From Candidatus Pyrohabitans jungbluthii (GTDB lineage Archaea; Hydrothermarchaeota; Hydrothermarchaeia; Hydrothermarchaeales; BMS3B), in assembly GCA_002010065.2 (NCBI GenBank), contig MTMD02000008.1:160001-224000 (forward strand): DNA of 64,000 nucleotides, written 5' to 3'. This document shows positions 30,555-40,237 of this stretch, piece by piece (positions within the stretch are counted from its first letter, which is position 1; every line of letters begins with the position of its first letter). Below the pieces are notes generated by a model. That model worked only from the letters and a program-made list of their open reading frames with translations, ran no database searches and had not been told where the DNA came from. A program made the translations under genes and the position numbers.

Positions 30555-30667
30555 ATTTGTTTATATAGCCTACCAGCTATAAAATCCTTTGGATTTATAC
30601 TGATATTTAAAACAAAGCTTTTATTCCTTTAACTCTATATTGATTAAAAATCCGGAGGAGGTAGGTT

Positions 30668-30901
30668 ATGAAGACTTTTACCAGAGAGGAGCTGAAGAAA
30701 TACCATGGTCTTGGAGGAAATCCTGCCTACGTGGCTTATAAGGGGAGGGTTTATGATGTCTCAGCAAGTGCGGTGTGGGAAATGGGCTCTCACATGGCTA
30801 AGCACCTAGCTGGCTACGATTTGACGGAAGCTATTAATGAAGCCCCGCACGATGCAAGCAGACTTGACAAATTCCCAGTGGTTGGGGAACTGAAAGATTA
30901 G
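30668..30901 (+). CDS. Cytochrome b5-like heme/steroid-binding protein
   Basis: FTREEL..AYVAYKGRVYDVS..H.AGYDLT..APH..FPVVG; GGAGG SD. Confidence 0.88.
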   Translation: MKTFTREELKKYHGLGGNPAYVAYKGRVYDVSASAVWEMGSHMAKHLAGYDLTEAINEAPHDASRLDKFPVVGELKD

Positions 30902-30910
30902 GTACAGAGC

Positions 30911-31480
30911 ATGCCCCACAAGTTCGACGCTGCTTGGGCAAGTATCCTGGAGGATGAGGAAAGGAAGGAGTTTCTGCCGCCAGTGGAGATACTTAAGAGG
31001 TTAGGTGTGAGAGAGGGCATTACCTTCGCTGACATAGGCTGCGGCACGGGCTACTTCACTATACCAGCAGCCGAGCTGGTGGGCAGGGGAAGAGTATTTG
31101 CCATCGATGTGCAGGCAGAGATGCTCGAGCTTCTGAAGAAGAAAATCAAAGACAGGGAGAACATAACCATTGTTAAGTCCAGTGAGGATACAATTCCACT
31201 TCCAAGTGAATCTGTGGACATAACCTTTATGGGAGATGTGCTCCACGAACTCGAGGGAGAGGGGACGCTGAGGGAGGCGTACCGCATCCTCAGGCGTGGA
31301 GGTGTTCTGGGAGTGGTGGACTGGAAGAAGGAGAAAATGGAAATTGGACCACCTTTTGAGGACAGGCTCTCTATAGAGGAGGCGAAAGCAAAGATAAAAG
31401 GGGTAGGATTTTCAGTAACGGAGAGCTTCGAAATTCCACCTTACCATTACTGCTTGATAGCGAAGAAGGATGAGCCCTAA
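30911..31480 (+). CDS. Class I SAM-dependent methyltransferase
   Basis: ADIGCGTGYF, AIDVQ, VLHEL, VDWKK..GPP. Confidence 0.88.
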   Translation: MPHKFDAAWASILEDEERKEFLPPVEILKRLGVREGITFADIGCGTGYFTIPAAELVGRGRVFAIDVQAEMLELLKKKIKDRENITIVKSSEDTIPLPSESVDITFMGDVLHELEGEGTLREAYRILRRGGVLGVVDWKKEKMEIGPPFEDRLSIEEAKAKIKGVGFSVTESFEIPPYHYCLIAKKDEP

Positions 31481-31519
31481 GCTGAATTGGTAGAATAAAC
31501 CCAAGAGAAATGAATGGCA

Positions 31520-31592
31520 AGCCCCGAGGGGGATTTGAACCCCCGACCTGCTGATTACGAGTCAGCCGCTCTTCCAGCTGAGCTACCGGGGC
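31520..31592 (-). tRNA. tRNA-Thr(CGU)
   Basis: Acceptor GCCCCGG/TCGGGGC, anticodon arm GCTGA-CTCGTAA-TCAGC, T-loop TTCAAAT. Confidence 0.95.
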
Positions 31593-31689
31593 ACTCCGTC
31601 ACGCCGGAAGCAAGCTTCCGGGTAACTACTGCACAAATAGCATTTTCACGTAATATAAATTATTTATACCACGAGCCTAACTTAGAAGC

Positions 31690-32322
31690 ATGAAAATTCT
31701 GGGCATCGACGAGGCTGGGCGTGGTCCTGTTTTGGGCAACCTAATCGTCGCTGGAGTCGCCTGCGAGGAAGAGGAGCAGGCAACCCTCGTGAAGATAGGA
31801 GTTAAAGACTCAAAAAAATTATCACCAGAAAGAAGGGAGGAAATCTTCGAGGAACTTGTCTCATCCTTTACCTACCGTGTGGTAGAGTTTACGCCCCGGG
31901 AGATAGACTCAAGACACCGCCGCAGGGAAACCCTCAACCAGATGGAAGCCAGAGCAATGATCGAGCTAATCAACCACTTTTCTCCGGATGTAGCGTACAT
32001 AGACTGCATAGGTCCCAGCACCGGAAAATTCGCCAGCTTGCTTGCCAATGCGGGCATTGCCTGCTCGCTGGTGGTTGAGCATCGCGCTGACGAGCGCTAC
32101 CCGATAGTTTCGGCTGCCTCGATAATAGCCAAGGTAATACGCGACCGCAAGCTTGAGATGCTAAAGCAGGAGTACGGCGACTTCGGAAGCGGCTATCCCA
32201 GCGACCCACGCACAGTAGCCTTTCTGGAGGAGCACATCAGCAAAGGCCTTCCTCCATTTGTGAGAAACTCCTGGCGCACTCTATCCAGATTTAAAAACCG
32301 CAGCTTAGACAGCTTCGAGTAG
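31690..32322 (+). CDS. rnhB: Ribonuclease HII
   Basis: GIDEAGRGP, DSKKL, VSAASIIAKV, GSGYPSDP; C-terminal PIP-box-like RSLDSF. Confidence 0.96.
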   Translation: MKILGIDEAGRGPVLGNLIVAGVACEEEEQATLVKIGVKDSKKLSPERREEIFEELVSSFTYRVVEFTPREIDSRHRRRETLNQMEARAMIELINHFSPDVAYIDCIGPSTGKFASLLANAGIACSLVVEHRADERYPIVSAASIIAKVIRDRKLEMLKQEYGDFGSGYPSDPRTVAFLEEHISKGLPPFVRNSWRTLSRFKNRSLDSFE

Positions 32323-33744
32323 CTACTTCTCTTCAAGGCCCACGGCCCTGAAGAATCTGTCTGTAATTGCCTCCTCCGCTAGCTTGAGCAGGGAATCCTT
32401 GTCCTTTACCCCGCCAAATAAACCAAGGGGTATCTTCGCCGCCGCCGCAGTGGCATGCCCACCTGCGCTGCCTATATTTCCAAAAGCCTTCTGCATGACC
32501 TCACCCAAGTTTATTCTTATATCCTTATTCCTACCCGAGATGTGAATCACATCCCCGCCTATGCCATAGACGAGCACCGTGGAGATGCCCTCAAGACGGA
32601 GGAGGTAGTCGGCAGCCTGCGGCAGCGTATCGCGATCCCTGATAAAGCCAACATTGGTGAGGAGGAAGCTGCCCCTTATTTTCCTGTTTCTTATCGCCTC
32701 GCTCAGCACATCTAAGGTTTCCGCCGACATCAGTGGAGTCTCAATCTTCAGCAGGAGGTCGTGGTCTGCCTTGGAGTAGAGCAGCGCCACAGCTTGGAGG
32801 TCATCGCTGGTTGTGCCCCGGGTAAAATCGTTGGTGTCTGTCTTTATCCCATAGAGCAGTGCCGTAGCAAGCTCAGGGGTTATCTCTATGTTCAGATGGG
32901 TAAGGTACTCTGTGAGAATGGTGGAGGTGGCACCCACCTCTGGGCGTATGTCCTTGTACACAGCCACCACCCTGCTCTCATCCACAGGGTGATGGTCTAT
33001 TACTATGTCAGGGGTTATGTTCTTCGGCAAGGAGTTATTCTCTCCGGGTATCGAAGCCTCAATAAGAGCTATCTTGGAGTAGTCGCGAAGGTCACGCACC
33101 TTGGCTATGGGTATGAGCGTTATCCCGAGAAGGTTCACAAGGGCGCGGTTTTCCTCATGACCTATCTCTCCACCGTAGATTATGTCAGCCTTGTTGCCAA
33201 GATGCTCCACAATCTGCTTCAATGAGAGGGCGCTGGCAATCGCATCTGGGTCTGGATTGTCCTGGGTTACTATCGCCACACCCTTTGGAGCCTCTTTTAT
33301 AATCTTCTGGAGCAGTTTGAGCTTCTTCCTCAAACCCAGCTCTTTCAAGGATTTTATCGCCTCCTCGGCGACGACGACGGTGGGGTATACCACAACGTCA
33401 ATGTCAAGCTTCCTGAACTCATCTGCTGTGCTATCCTTGCCGGCGCGGAGAATTATGGGAACTTCTTCGTTAAGCGTCCTCACAGCCTTGGCAGCGCGCT
33501 TGTTCAACTCAACATCTGTGGTTAAAATAAGCACCGCCTCAGCCTTGTCCACATTTGCAGCCTTTAGCGTCGCGACATCTGTTATATCGCCCTTTATCAC
33601 ATTCTCAAAATTCCTCTCCTTCAGGGTCTCTATCCTCTTATCATCCTTGTCGATGATCAGCAGGCTTTTCTTCTGCTCCTGAAGCTTGCTAGCTGCCAAG
33701 TAGCCAGCGGTGCCACAGCCGAGTATTACGTACATGAAAACCAC
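32323..33744 (-). CDS. TrkA-N domain DHH-family phosphoesterase
   Basis: ILGCG Rossmann N-terminus; NPDPDA, IDHH, GIKTDT, AGGH. Confidence 0.9.
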   Translation of the reverse strand: MVFMYVILGCGTAGYLAASKLQEQKKSLLIIDKDDKRIETLKERNFENVIKGDITDVATLKAANVDKAEAVLILTTDVELNKRAAKAVRTLNEEVPIILRAGKDSTADEFRKLDIDVVVYPTVVVAEEAIKSLKELGLRKKLKLLQKIIKEAPKGVAIVTQDNPDPDAIASALSLKQIVEHLGNKADIIYGGEIGHEENRALVNLLGITLIPIAKVRDLRDYSKIALIEASIPGENNSLPKNITPDIVIDHHPVDESRVVAVYKDIRPEVGATSTILTEYLTHLNIEITPELATALLYGIKTDTNDFTRGTTSDDLQAVALLYSKADHDLLLKIETPLMSAETLDVLSEAIRNRKIRGSFLLTNVGFIRDRDTLPQAADYLLRLEGISTVLVYGIGGDVIHISGRNKDIRINLGEVMQKAFGNIGSAGGHATAAAAKIPLGLFGGVKDKDSLLKLAEEAITDRFFRAVGLEEK

Positions 33745-33912
33745 CTGAAAAAGGCTGGGTGTTAACTTTCATAAACCTTTCGCAGATAAGGTATATAAAA
33801 GGTAGCGAGGAGTTCACCAAACCATGGCTGAATAGTGGCGCACAGAAACCTTTATTAGACTCCCGGGAGTTACTTTTTACCCACACGTTCATTTCTGGAG
33901 GCGTTGAGAAGA

Positions 33913-35049
33913 ATGAAGCTTCTGATTCCTGGTCCGGTAGAGCTGGACAGCGAGGTTCTCCTCGCCATGGCAAAGCCGCTGATGGGTCACCGCACCCCTG
34001 ACTTCGAGGAGATACTCGTGGAATGCTGGCGCCTTCTCAGGGAGGTTTACCAGACGCGCAACGACGTGGCGATCATCACTGGCTCCGGCACCAGCGCCAT
34101 GGAGGCGGCGGTGGCAAGCGTTATCAAGGAGGGCGATGAAGTAATCTCAATTACTGGCGGAAAGTTCGGCGAGCGAATGGGTGAGATAGCCCAAGCTTTT
34201 GGCGCAAAGGTTAGGCGCGTTGATGTTGAGTGGGGAAATACCTTCGCCCTGGAAGATGTAGAGCGTGCTGTTGCTGAGAGCAACGCCGTGGCAATTACGC
34301 TCACCCACAATGAAACCAGCACGGGCGTGGTGCACGACGCAAAGGCGATAGGAAAGCTCGCCAGGGAGTACGACCTCCTTTTCATAGTGGACGGAATAAC
34401 CAGCGTTGGCGGCGATGATGTTAAAACCGACAAGTGGGGCATTGACCTCTGCATCACAGGCTCGCAGAAGTGCCTTGCAGCGCCACCTGGCTTAGGCTTC
34501 GTCGCGGTCAGCGAGCGAGCGTGGGAAGCAATAGAGAACAACCCGCGGAAGCGGGCATATTACCTAGACCTGGCGAAGTACAGGAAGTCGCTGGCAAAGA
34601 ACACTACGCCATTTACACCCTCAGTCACGCTCATCTACGGGCTCTATGCGGCGCTCAAGAAAATAGAGGAGGAAACCCTCGAAGCGAGGATAAAGCGCCA
34701 CCGAACTCTAGCGAAAGCCACCCGCGAAGCTGCGAAGGCCATGAATCTGGAGCTTTTCGCAGCACAGCGCTGCGCCAGCAACACAGTTACGGCGATTAAG
34801 ATCCCATCTGGGCTCACCGACGACGACGTGCGTGGCGCCCTCAAGCGGGAGCATGGCATTCTCGTGGCTGGAGGTCAGGCGCAGCTTAAGGGCAAAATCT
34901 TCCGCATAGGGCACATGGGCAATGTGAGCTTCTCTGACCTGGTGCAGGTGCTCGCAGCGCTGGAGCTTGTGCTGAAAAAGGCAGGACATGAGCTAAAGCC
35001 GGGCGAGGGAGTTGCAGCGGCGGAGCAGGTTTTCGCCTCCCAGAAATGA
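33913..35049 (+). CDS. Class V PLP aminotransferase (archaeal aspartate/phosphoserine aminotransferase type)
   Basis: LIPGPV, HRTPDF, HNETSTGV, DGITS, GSQKCL, FRIGHMG. Confidence 0.9.
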   Translation: MKLLIPGPVELDSEVLLAMAKPLMGHRTPDFEEILVECWRLLREVYQTRNDVAIITGSGTSAMEAAVASVIKEGDEVISITGGKFGERMGEIAQAFGAKVRRVDVEWGNTFALEDVERAVAESNAVAITLTHNETSTGVVHDAKAIGKLAREYDLLFIVDGITSVGGDDVKTDKWGIDLCITGSQKCLAAPPGLGFVAVSERAWEAIENNPRKRAYYLDLAKYRKSLAKNTTPFTPSVTLIYGLYAALKKIEEETLEARIKRHRTLAKATREAAKAMNLELFAAQRCASNTVTAIKIPSGLTDDDVRGALKREHGILVAGGQAQLKGKIFRIGHMGNVSFSDLVQVLAALELVLKKAGHELKPGEGVAAAEQVFASQK

Positions 35050-35483
35050 GCAGCACACTCGACGGCTACATCTCAGGTGGTATCTTCTTCCTCTGGGTAG
35101 CGTTGGGCAGCTACGCGCTGCTGAACGCTGAACTAAGCGAGGCTGTCTACCTCTGCGCTGTTATGCTCTCCAGCTTTGCGGTGAATACTCTGCTCAAGCT
35201 GGCTTTCAAAAAGAAGAGACCCCACGAGATAGATGCGCAGAGCAGGAAATTCTATCTAGGTGCGCAGCGCTATGCCTTTCCCAGCGCTCATGTGCAGCTA
35301 GCATTTACAGCGTTTGCCCTGATTCAGGGCTTTTTCCCGTCGCTCTTTACAAAAGCGCTACTTTTAACCCTTGCCACACTTCTCTCCCGCCTCTACCTGG
35401 GCAGGCACTGGTTCAGCGATGTTGTGGCGGGTGCAGCGATTGGTTATGGAGTTGGATACGCCGGGGTCGTAGTGTGGGGTTGA
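35046..35483 (+). CDS. PAP2-family membrane phosphatase
   Basis: K.....RP, FPSAH, SRLYLGRHWFSD. Confidence 0.88.
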   Translation: MSSTLDGYISGGIFFLWVALGSYALLNAELSEAVYLCAVMLSSFAVNTLLKLAFKKKRPHEIDAQSRKFYLGAQRYAFPSAHVQLAFTAFALIQGFFPSLFTKALLLTLATLLSRLYLGRHWFSDVVAGAAIGYGVGYAGVVVWG

Positions 35484-35674
35484 TCTACACCTTAAGAAGA
35501 CTCCCCTCATGTTCACATCACGCTTGAGAGTAAAATATATAGAGGAGGAGGCTAAAGAAAAAATCAATAAATTTATACTTTCCCTCATTATATCCATCAT
35601 TACAGCCTTCGAATATTTTTAAAAACTAATTTATTGTTAGAAATATAATATTTATGCAAATTATAACTTTATAT

Positions 35675-35722
35675 AAATTTTAGCTAAAATTTTTTCTAAA
35701 ACTATTCTCAAAATTTTGAGAA
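35675..35722. repeat. Two perfect 18-bp palindromes in an AT-rich spacer
   Basis: AAATTTTAGCTAAAATTT (35675-35692) and TTCTCAAAATTTTGAGAA (35705-35722). Confidence 0.7.
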
Positions 35723-35850
35723 GTCATCCTTGTCTTCTCTTATGCTACTTACCACCCTCCCCACAGGTATTCTCCGCAATACATGCTCAAGCTCATCAGC
35801 TCATCCCTCAACTCTCTCCCCTCAATCTCCCGCAGTTCTTCTTCACCCAT
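35708..35850 (-). pseudogene. Small ORF frameshifted by an 8-bp tandem duplication, possibly an antitoxin remnant
   Basis: AGCTCATC twice at 35790-35805; removing one copy restores MGEEELREIEGRELRDELEHVLRRIPVGRVVSSIREDKDDFSKF. Confidence 0.45.
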
Positions 35851-35860
35851 ATGGGCACAC

Positions 35861-36661
35861 TTAAAACCTCTCAACTATATACACCAGCATCCCCTCAAAA
35901 ATCGCGTAGCCATCGCCTTTTGCTTCGTTGTTTCCGCGGGTCCAGTCCGGGTACATATAGCGATAAAACGCCCTCTCTGGATGGGGCATCATCCCGAGTA
36001 TTGTGCCCTCCGGCGAGGTTAAACCTGCGATATCGGCATAGCTACCGCTGGGGTTGAGGGGATATTCCCCCTGAGCAACTTCGCCTTCCGCAGAGCAATA
36101 GCGAAGCGCCACCTGGTGATTCTCCTCAAGCTGCGCGAGCATGCGCTTCTCTTCGCCCAGAGGCAGCACTACTCTACCTTCGGCGTTTGCCACCGGCATT
36201 CGGGAGACGTTCTTAAGCTTTAGGGTAAAAAGTGAGGAGTTGCACTTGCGCAGGTAAACCCACCTGTCCTCGAAGCGCGCTGAGGCGTTCTTCGCCAGCG
36301 CAAGCGTTGGTTCGCCTACTTCTCCAAAGGGGAGAAGACCCGACTCTATGAGCACCTGAAAGCCGTTGCATATCCCCAGGATAGGCTTTCCCTCGTCCAC
36401 AAAGCTTTGAAGCTCTCGTCTAAGGCTGTAGCTCAGCATCTTTCCAAATATAGCGCCGCTACGAATGCGGTCACCGAAGGAGAAGCCGCCCGGAATAACC
36501 AGACCATGAAACTCTTCAAGGGAGCGTTTTCCTTTTATGAACCTGTTGACGTGCACCACCTCAGCCTTCGCCCCAAGTTCTACGATTGCCGCCGCCGTTT
36601 CTGCGTCGCAATTTGTGCCCGGGCCGCGCATCACTAGCACGCGAGCTTCGCTGAGCTTCAC
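35861..36661 (-). CDS. purQ: FGAM synthase glutaminase subunit
   Basis: PGTNCD, PGGFSFGD, GICNGFQ, GMMPHPER. Confidence 0.96.
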   Translation of the reverse strand: MKLSEARVLVMRGPGTNCDAETAAAIVELGAKAEVVHVNRFIKGKRSLEEFHGLVIPGGFSFGDRIRSGAIFGKMLSYSLRRELQSFVDEGKPILGICNGFQVLIESGLLPFGEVGEPTLALAKNASARFEDRWVYLRKCNSSLFTLKLKNVSRMPVANAEGRVVLPLGEEKRMLAQLEENHQVALRYCSAEGEVAQGEYPLNPSGSYADIAGLTSPEGTILGMMPHPERAFYRYMYPDWTRGNNEAKGDGYAIFEGMLVYIVERF

Positions 36662-38994
36662 AGCCTCACCCCGCTCTGCCAGCTCTCCTTTAGCTCCCTT
36701 ATACCCTCGCGGAGAAGCTCCTCACCAAGGTGCGTCACCACCACCTCATCGCCGCCAGTTTCGCCTATTTTAGCAAAGGTTACGCCATTCATCAGTGCTT
36801 CAAACTCCTGTGCCTTGCTTGGTGGCACCTCGACAAGGAAGCGGGAGTTGCTCTCAGAGAAGAGTATAAAATCATGGCGCATCGTTTGCGATGTTGGGAC
36901 AAGCGAAAGCTCAACCTCTGCGCCTACGTTGCCTGAGAAGCACATCTCCGCAAGGGCAACAGCTAAGCCTCCCTCGCTCAGGTCATGGCACGCTTTAACC
37001 AAACCTGCGTCTATTGCTCTGGTGAGGGCTTCAAAAGTGCGCTTGGCTTTAGAAGGCTCTACCTTAGGCACGCTCTTGCCCAGAAAACCCTTGAGCTTGT
37101 AGTAGTGCGAGCCTCCAAGCTCTGGCTTTGTCTCACCAAGGATGTAGATATAGCTTCCCTCGCGCTTGAAATCCATGCTCACAGTCCTGCGCACATCCGG
37201 AACAATGCCCAGGGCGGAGATCAAAAGTGTGGGTGTGACCCCCCCGAGGGGCGACTCGTTGTAGAGGGAGTCCTTGCCGGAGATGAAGGGCGTTTCATAG
37301 GCTCTGGCAATGTCGTAGCAGGCTTTGGCTGCCCTGACGAGGGTACCTAAGTTTTCGGGCTTCTCCGGGTTGCCCCAGCAGAAGTTGTCCAGAAGCGCTA
37401 TCCTGCGACCTCCCACGGCGATGTTGTTGCGTATAGCCTCGTCTATGGCTGAGGCTGCCATCCAGTACGCGTCTATCTTGCCATACTCGGGGTTCAGTCC
37501 GTTGGAAATAGCTATGCCCTTCCAGGAGTTGCGCAGCGGCTTGAGCACCGCCGCATCTCCTGGACCGTCGCAGGCTTCGCCCTGGAGTGGCTTCAGCACC
37601 GTCGCCGCCTTCACCTCATGGTCGTATGTGCGGATAACACTTTCCTTGCTCGCCACATTGGGCATCGCTAGGATGCGGTGCAGGTCCTCGCCAAGCCTGC
37701 CCGGCTCGAAGCTGGGTTCGCTGAGCTCAGGTGGCGACCACCTCGCGGTGCGCCTCACGCGGGGCAAGCCCTCGAAGAGGAACTCCACGTCCAGCTCCGC
37801 CACCTTTTCATCGTGATAGTAAATCTCAAGCCTGCGCTCGGGTATAAGCTCGCCTATCGCAGTGGCTTCAACCTCCTCATCGGCAAAAATCTCCAGCACG
37901 CGGTCAAGATTTGAAGGGGGCACAATCAGGAGCATCCTCTCCTGGGATTCAGAAACCCAGATCTCCCAGGGCTTCATGTTCTCGTACTTTAAGGGCACCC
38001 GCTCCAGGTGCACCCTCGCTCCACACCCGAAGCGATGAGCCTGCTCGCCTATTGCGCTGCTCAGCCCGCCTCCACCCAAATCAGTGATTGCGCTTCCAAG
38101 CTCAGCCTCACGCACTTTAAGTATCGCCCGCTTTATCTTCTCCTCCTCTATGGGATCGCCTATTTGCACGGCGGTGCCAAAAATCTCCTCGGCGCCCTCC
38201 TCAAGCTCTGAGCTTGCAAAAGTCACGCCATGTATGCCATCTCTGCCGGTGCGCCCTCCCACGAGAAGAAGCACATCCCCTGGCTTTGCCTCGCGCTTGT
38301 ACTTGCTCTTCTTGACTATGCCCACGGTGCCGCAGTAAACCAGGGGGTTGCCCACATAGCTCTCATCGAAGAATATGGCGCCGTTGACAGTGGGTATGCC
38401 CATGTTGTTTCCGTAGCTTCCTATCCCGGCTACGACGTAGGTGAAGATGAACCGCGGATGCCTCATTCCTTCTGGCAGCTTCTCGTAGGGGTAGTCGAGG
38501 GGACCAAAGCACAGCACGTCGGTATTTGCTATGGGCTCGCCCCATACGCCGAGAACATCGCGAATAACCCCGCCAACACCAGTGGCGGCGCCGCCAAAGG
38601 GCTCAATTGCACTTGGGTGGTTGTGCGTCTCCACCTTGAAGGCTATGGCGTAGTCGCCTTCAAAATCCACAATGCCCGCGTTGTCTTCAAATACTGAGAA
38701 GCACCACTCCGGCGAAAGCTCTCGCGTGACCCTTGCGACGGTGCTTTTAAGCAAGCCGTCTATCTCCTCACCGTCATAGAGGATTATGCCCTTAAACGTC
38801 TTGTGCACACAGTGCTCGCTCCAGGTCTGGGCAAAAGTTTCAAGCTCCACGTCAGTAGGCTCTCGCCCCAGCTTGCGGTAGTACTCCTGTATCCGCCTCA
38901 TCTCCTCCAGGTTCAGAGCGAGCTGACGGTGCTCACTTATCCTAAGAAGCTCCTCTTCGCTCGCGTTGAGCAGGGGGATTACCTCAGCACTCAG
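36658..38994 (-). CDS. purL: FGAM synthase subunit PurL; probable non-canonical start upstream of ATG 38901
   Basis: QTWSEHC, KVETHNHPS, GRDGIHG, ESQERM, HDLSEGG; 31 extra in-frame PurL-like codons upstream of the ATG. Confidence 0.95.
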   Translation of the reverse strand: MSAEVIPLLNASEEELLRISEHRQLALNLEEMRRIQEYYRKLGREPTDVELETFAQTWSEHCVHKTFKGIILYDGEEIDGLLKSTVARVTRELSPEWCFSVFEDNAGIVDFEGDYAIAFKVETHNHPSAIEPFGGAATGVGGVIRDVLGVWGEPIANTDVLCFGPLDYPYEKLPEGMRHPRFIFTYVVAGIGSYGNNMGIPTVNGAIFFDESYVGNPLVYCGTVGIVKKSKYKREAKPGDVLLLVGGRTGRDGIHGVTFASSELEEGAEEIFGTAVQIGDPIEEEKIKRAILKVREAELGSAITDLGGGGLSSAIGEQAHRFGCGARVHLERVPLKYENMKPWEIWVSESQERMLLIVPPSNLDRVLEIFADEEVEATAIGELIPERRLEIYYHDEKVAELDVEFLFEGLPRVRRTARWSPPELSEPSFEPGRLGEDLHRILAMPNVASKESVIRTYDHEVKAATVLKPLQGEACDGPGDAAVLKPLRNSWKGIAISNGLNPEYGKIDAYWMAASAIDEAIRNNIAVGGRRIALLDNFCWGNPEKPENLGTLVRAAKACYDIARAYETPFISGKDSLYNESPLGGVTPTLLISALGIVPDVRRTVSMDFKREGSYIYILGETKPELGGSHYYKLKGFLGKSVPKVEPSKAKRTFEALTRAIDAGLVKACHDLSEGGLAVALAEMCFSGNVGAEVELSLVPTSQTMRHDFILFSESNSRFLVEVPPSKAQEFEALMNGVTFAKIGETGGDEVVVTHLGEELLREGIRELKESWQSGVRL

Positions 38995-38995
38995 G

Positions 38996-39223
38996 TTAAT
39001 CCACCCTCCTTATCTCGTAATCCTGACTCACGGGGTTAGCTAAGAGCCGGCGGCACATCTTCTCCACATCTTCTCGCGAGTAGTCGCCCTCGATTATAAA
39101 CAGCTTTGCGGTGTGCACATCTTTAACCCTATCGAAGCCCAGCATCTTCAGTGCATACAGCGTGGACTCGCCCTCTGGGTCCTGCACCCCCCGCTTATAG
39201 GAAACCCGAACCTCCCACTTCAT
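38996..39223 (-). CDS. purS: FGAM synthase subunit PurS
   Basis: [15 protein letters not shown]. Confidence 0.93.
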   Translation of the reverse strand: MKWEVRVSYKRGVQDPEGESTLYALKMLGFDRVKDVHTAKLFIIEGDYSREDVEKMCRRLLANPVSQDYEIRRVD

Positions 39224-40236
39224 TGTCCTGCCCCCCTCTTCTTCCATATGGCGATTATATCACTGAGTATTGCGCTCTGCGTCTCTATGGCACCTGCCCC
39301 CTTACCCACGACGGTTATCTCGCCCGCGACGTCGCAGTGGAGCATGGCAACGTTGAGAGCGCCGTCCACATTGAGGGGGTGCGTCTCGGGAATAAGCCTG
39401 GGAGAAACTTCGAGATGGTTGTTCCTTACCTCGCCTATGAGCTTTATCACATATCCTCTCTCCTTGGCTAGGCGAATCGCCTCAGGGGTTATTCGAGTTA
39501 TACCCCTTGTCTTAACATCGCTAAAGGTGGCATCTATGCCCATTATCGCATTCGCAAGTATCACCAGCTTGCTGGCTGTGTCTATGCCCTCAATGTCATA
39601 CGTGGGGTCGGTCTCAGCATAGCCAAGCTCCTGCGCCTCCTTGAGCACCTGCTCGAAGCTTAGCCCCTCGCGCGTCATTCGGGAGAGGATGTAGTTGGTT
39701 GTGCCGTTGAGTATTCCCTCTATCGCCGTAATTTTATCACCGCTTAGCGTCTCCCTCGCCAAGTTTATCACCGGCATTGCTCCGCCCACGCTGGCCTCGA
39801 AGCGGAACTCCACGTTATTTCGTGCTGCCTCTGTAACCAGCTCTTTATATTTAAGCGCAAGCGGCCCCTTATTAGAGGTTACCACGTGCTTCCCAGCCTT
39901 AAAGCCAGCGAGCATGTGGCTGAGCCCTGGCTCGCCCGTCTTTATATTTGAAGGCGTGGCCTCGATTACCAAGTCGGCGTCTATCTCCTCGATCGCCTCT
40001 ATGCCAGTCATCTCCTTTGCTCCGGGGTAGTTGACTATTGCTCTGGTTTGCCTCGCAACGCTGAGTGCCTTCTCTAAGTCGAGTCCCTCTTCAGCGTAGG
40101 CGGTGCCGCTTATGTCGGTTATCGAAACCACCTTAACCTCGAGGGAGTAGCGCTGCTTTAGCTCCTCCCGTTTGCGAAGCAGCACCTCTGCAAGACCCTG
40201 ACCTATGACACCAAAGCCGATAATCTGGACGCGCAT
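39220..40236 (-). CDS. hom: Homoserine dehydrogenase
   Basis: [42 protein letters not shown]. Confidence 0.95.
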   Translation of the reverse strand: MRVQIIGFGVIGQGLAEVLLRKREELKQRYSLEVKVVSITDISGTAYAEEGLDLEKALSVARQTRAIVNYPGAKEMTGIEAIEEIDADLVIEATPSNIKTGEPGLSHMLAGFKAGKHVVTSNKGPLALKYKELVTEAARNNVEFRFEASVGGAMPVINLARETLSGDKITAIEGILNGTTNYILSRMTREGLSFEQVLKEAQELGYAETDPTYDIEGIDTASKLVILANAIMGIDATFSDVKTRGITRITPEAIRLAKERGYVIKLIGEVRNNHLEVSPRLIPETHPLNVDGALNVAMLHCDVAGEITVVGKGAGAIETQSAILSDIIAIWKKRGAGQ

Positions 40237-40237
40237 G

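Noticed and set aside
19600-31592. Intact integrated element at tRNA-Thr
   Set aside because: No duplicated tRNA 3' end and no integrase found by eye.
35630-35725. XerA dif site or replication origin
   Set aside because: No 11-6-11 TAA/TTA arrangement, no ORB-like G-string repeats and no cdc6 nearby.
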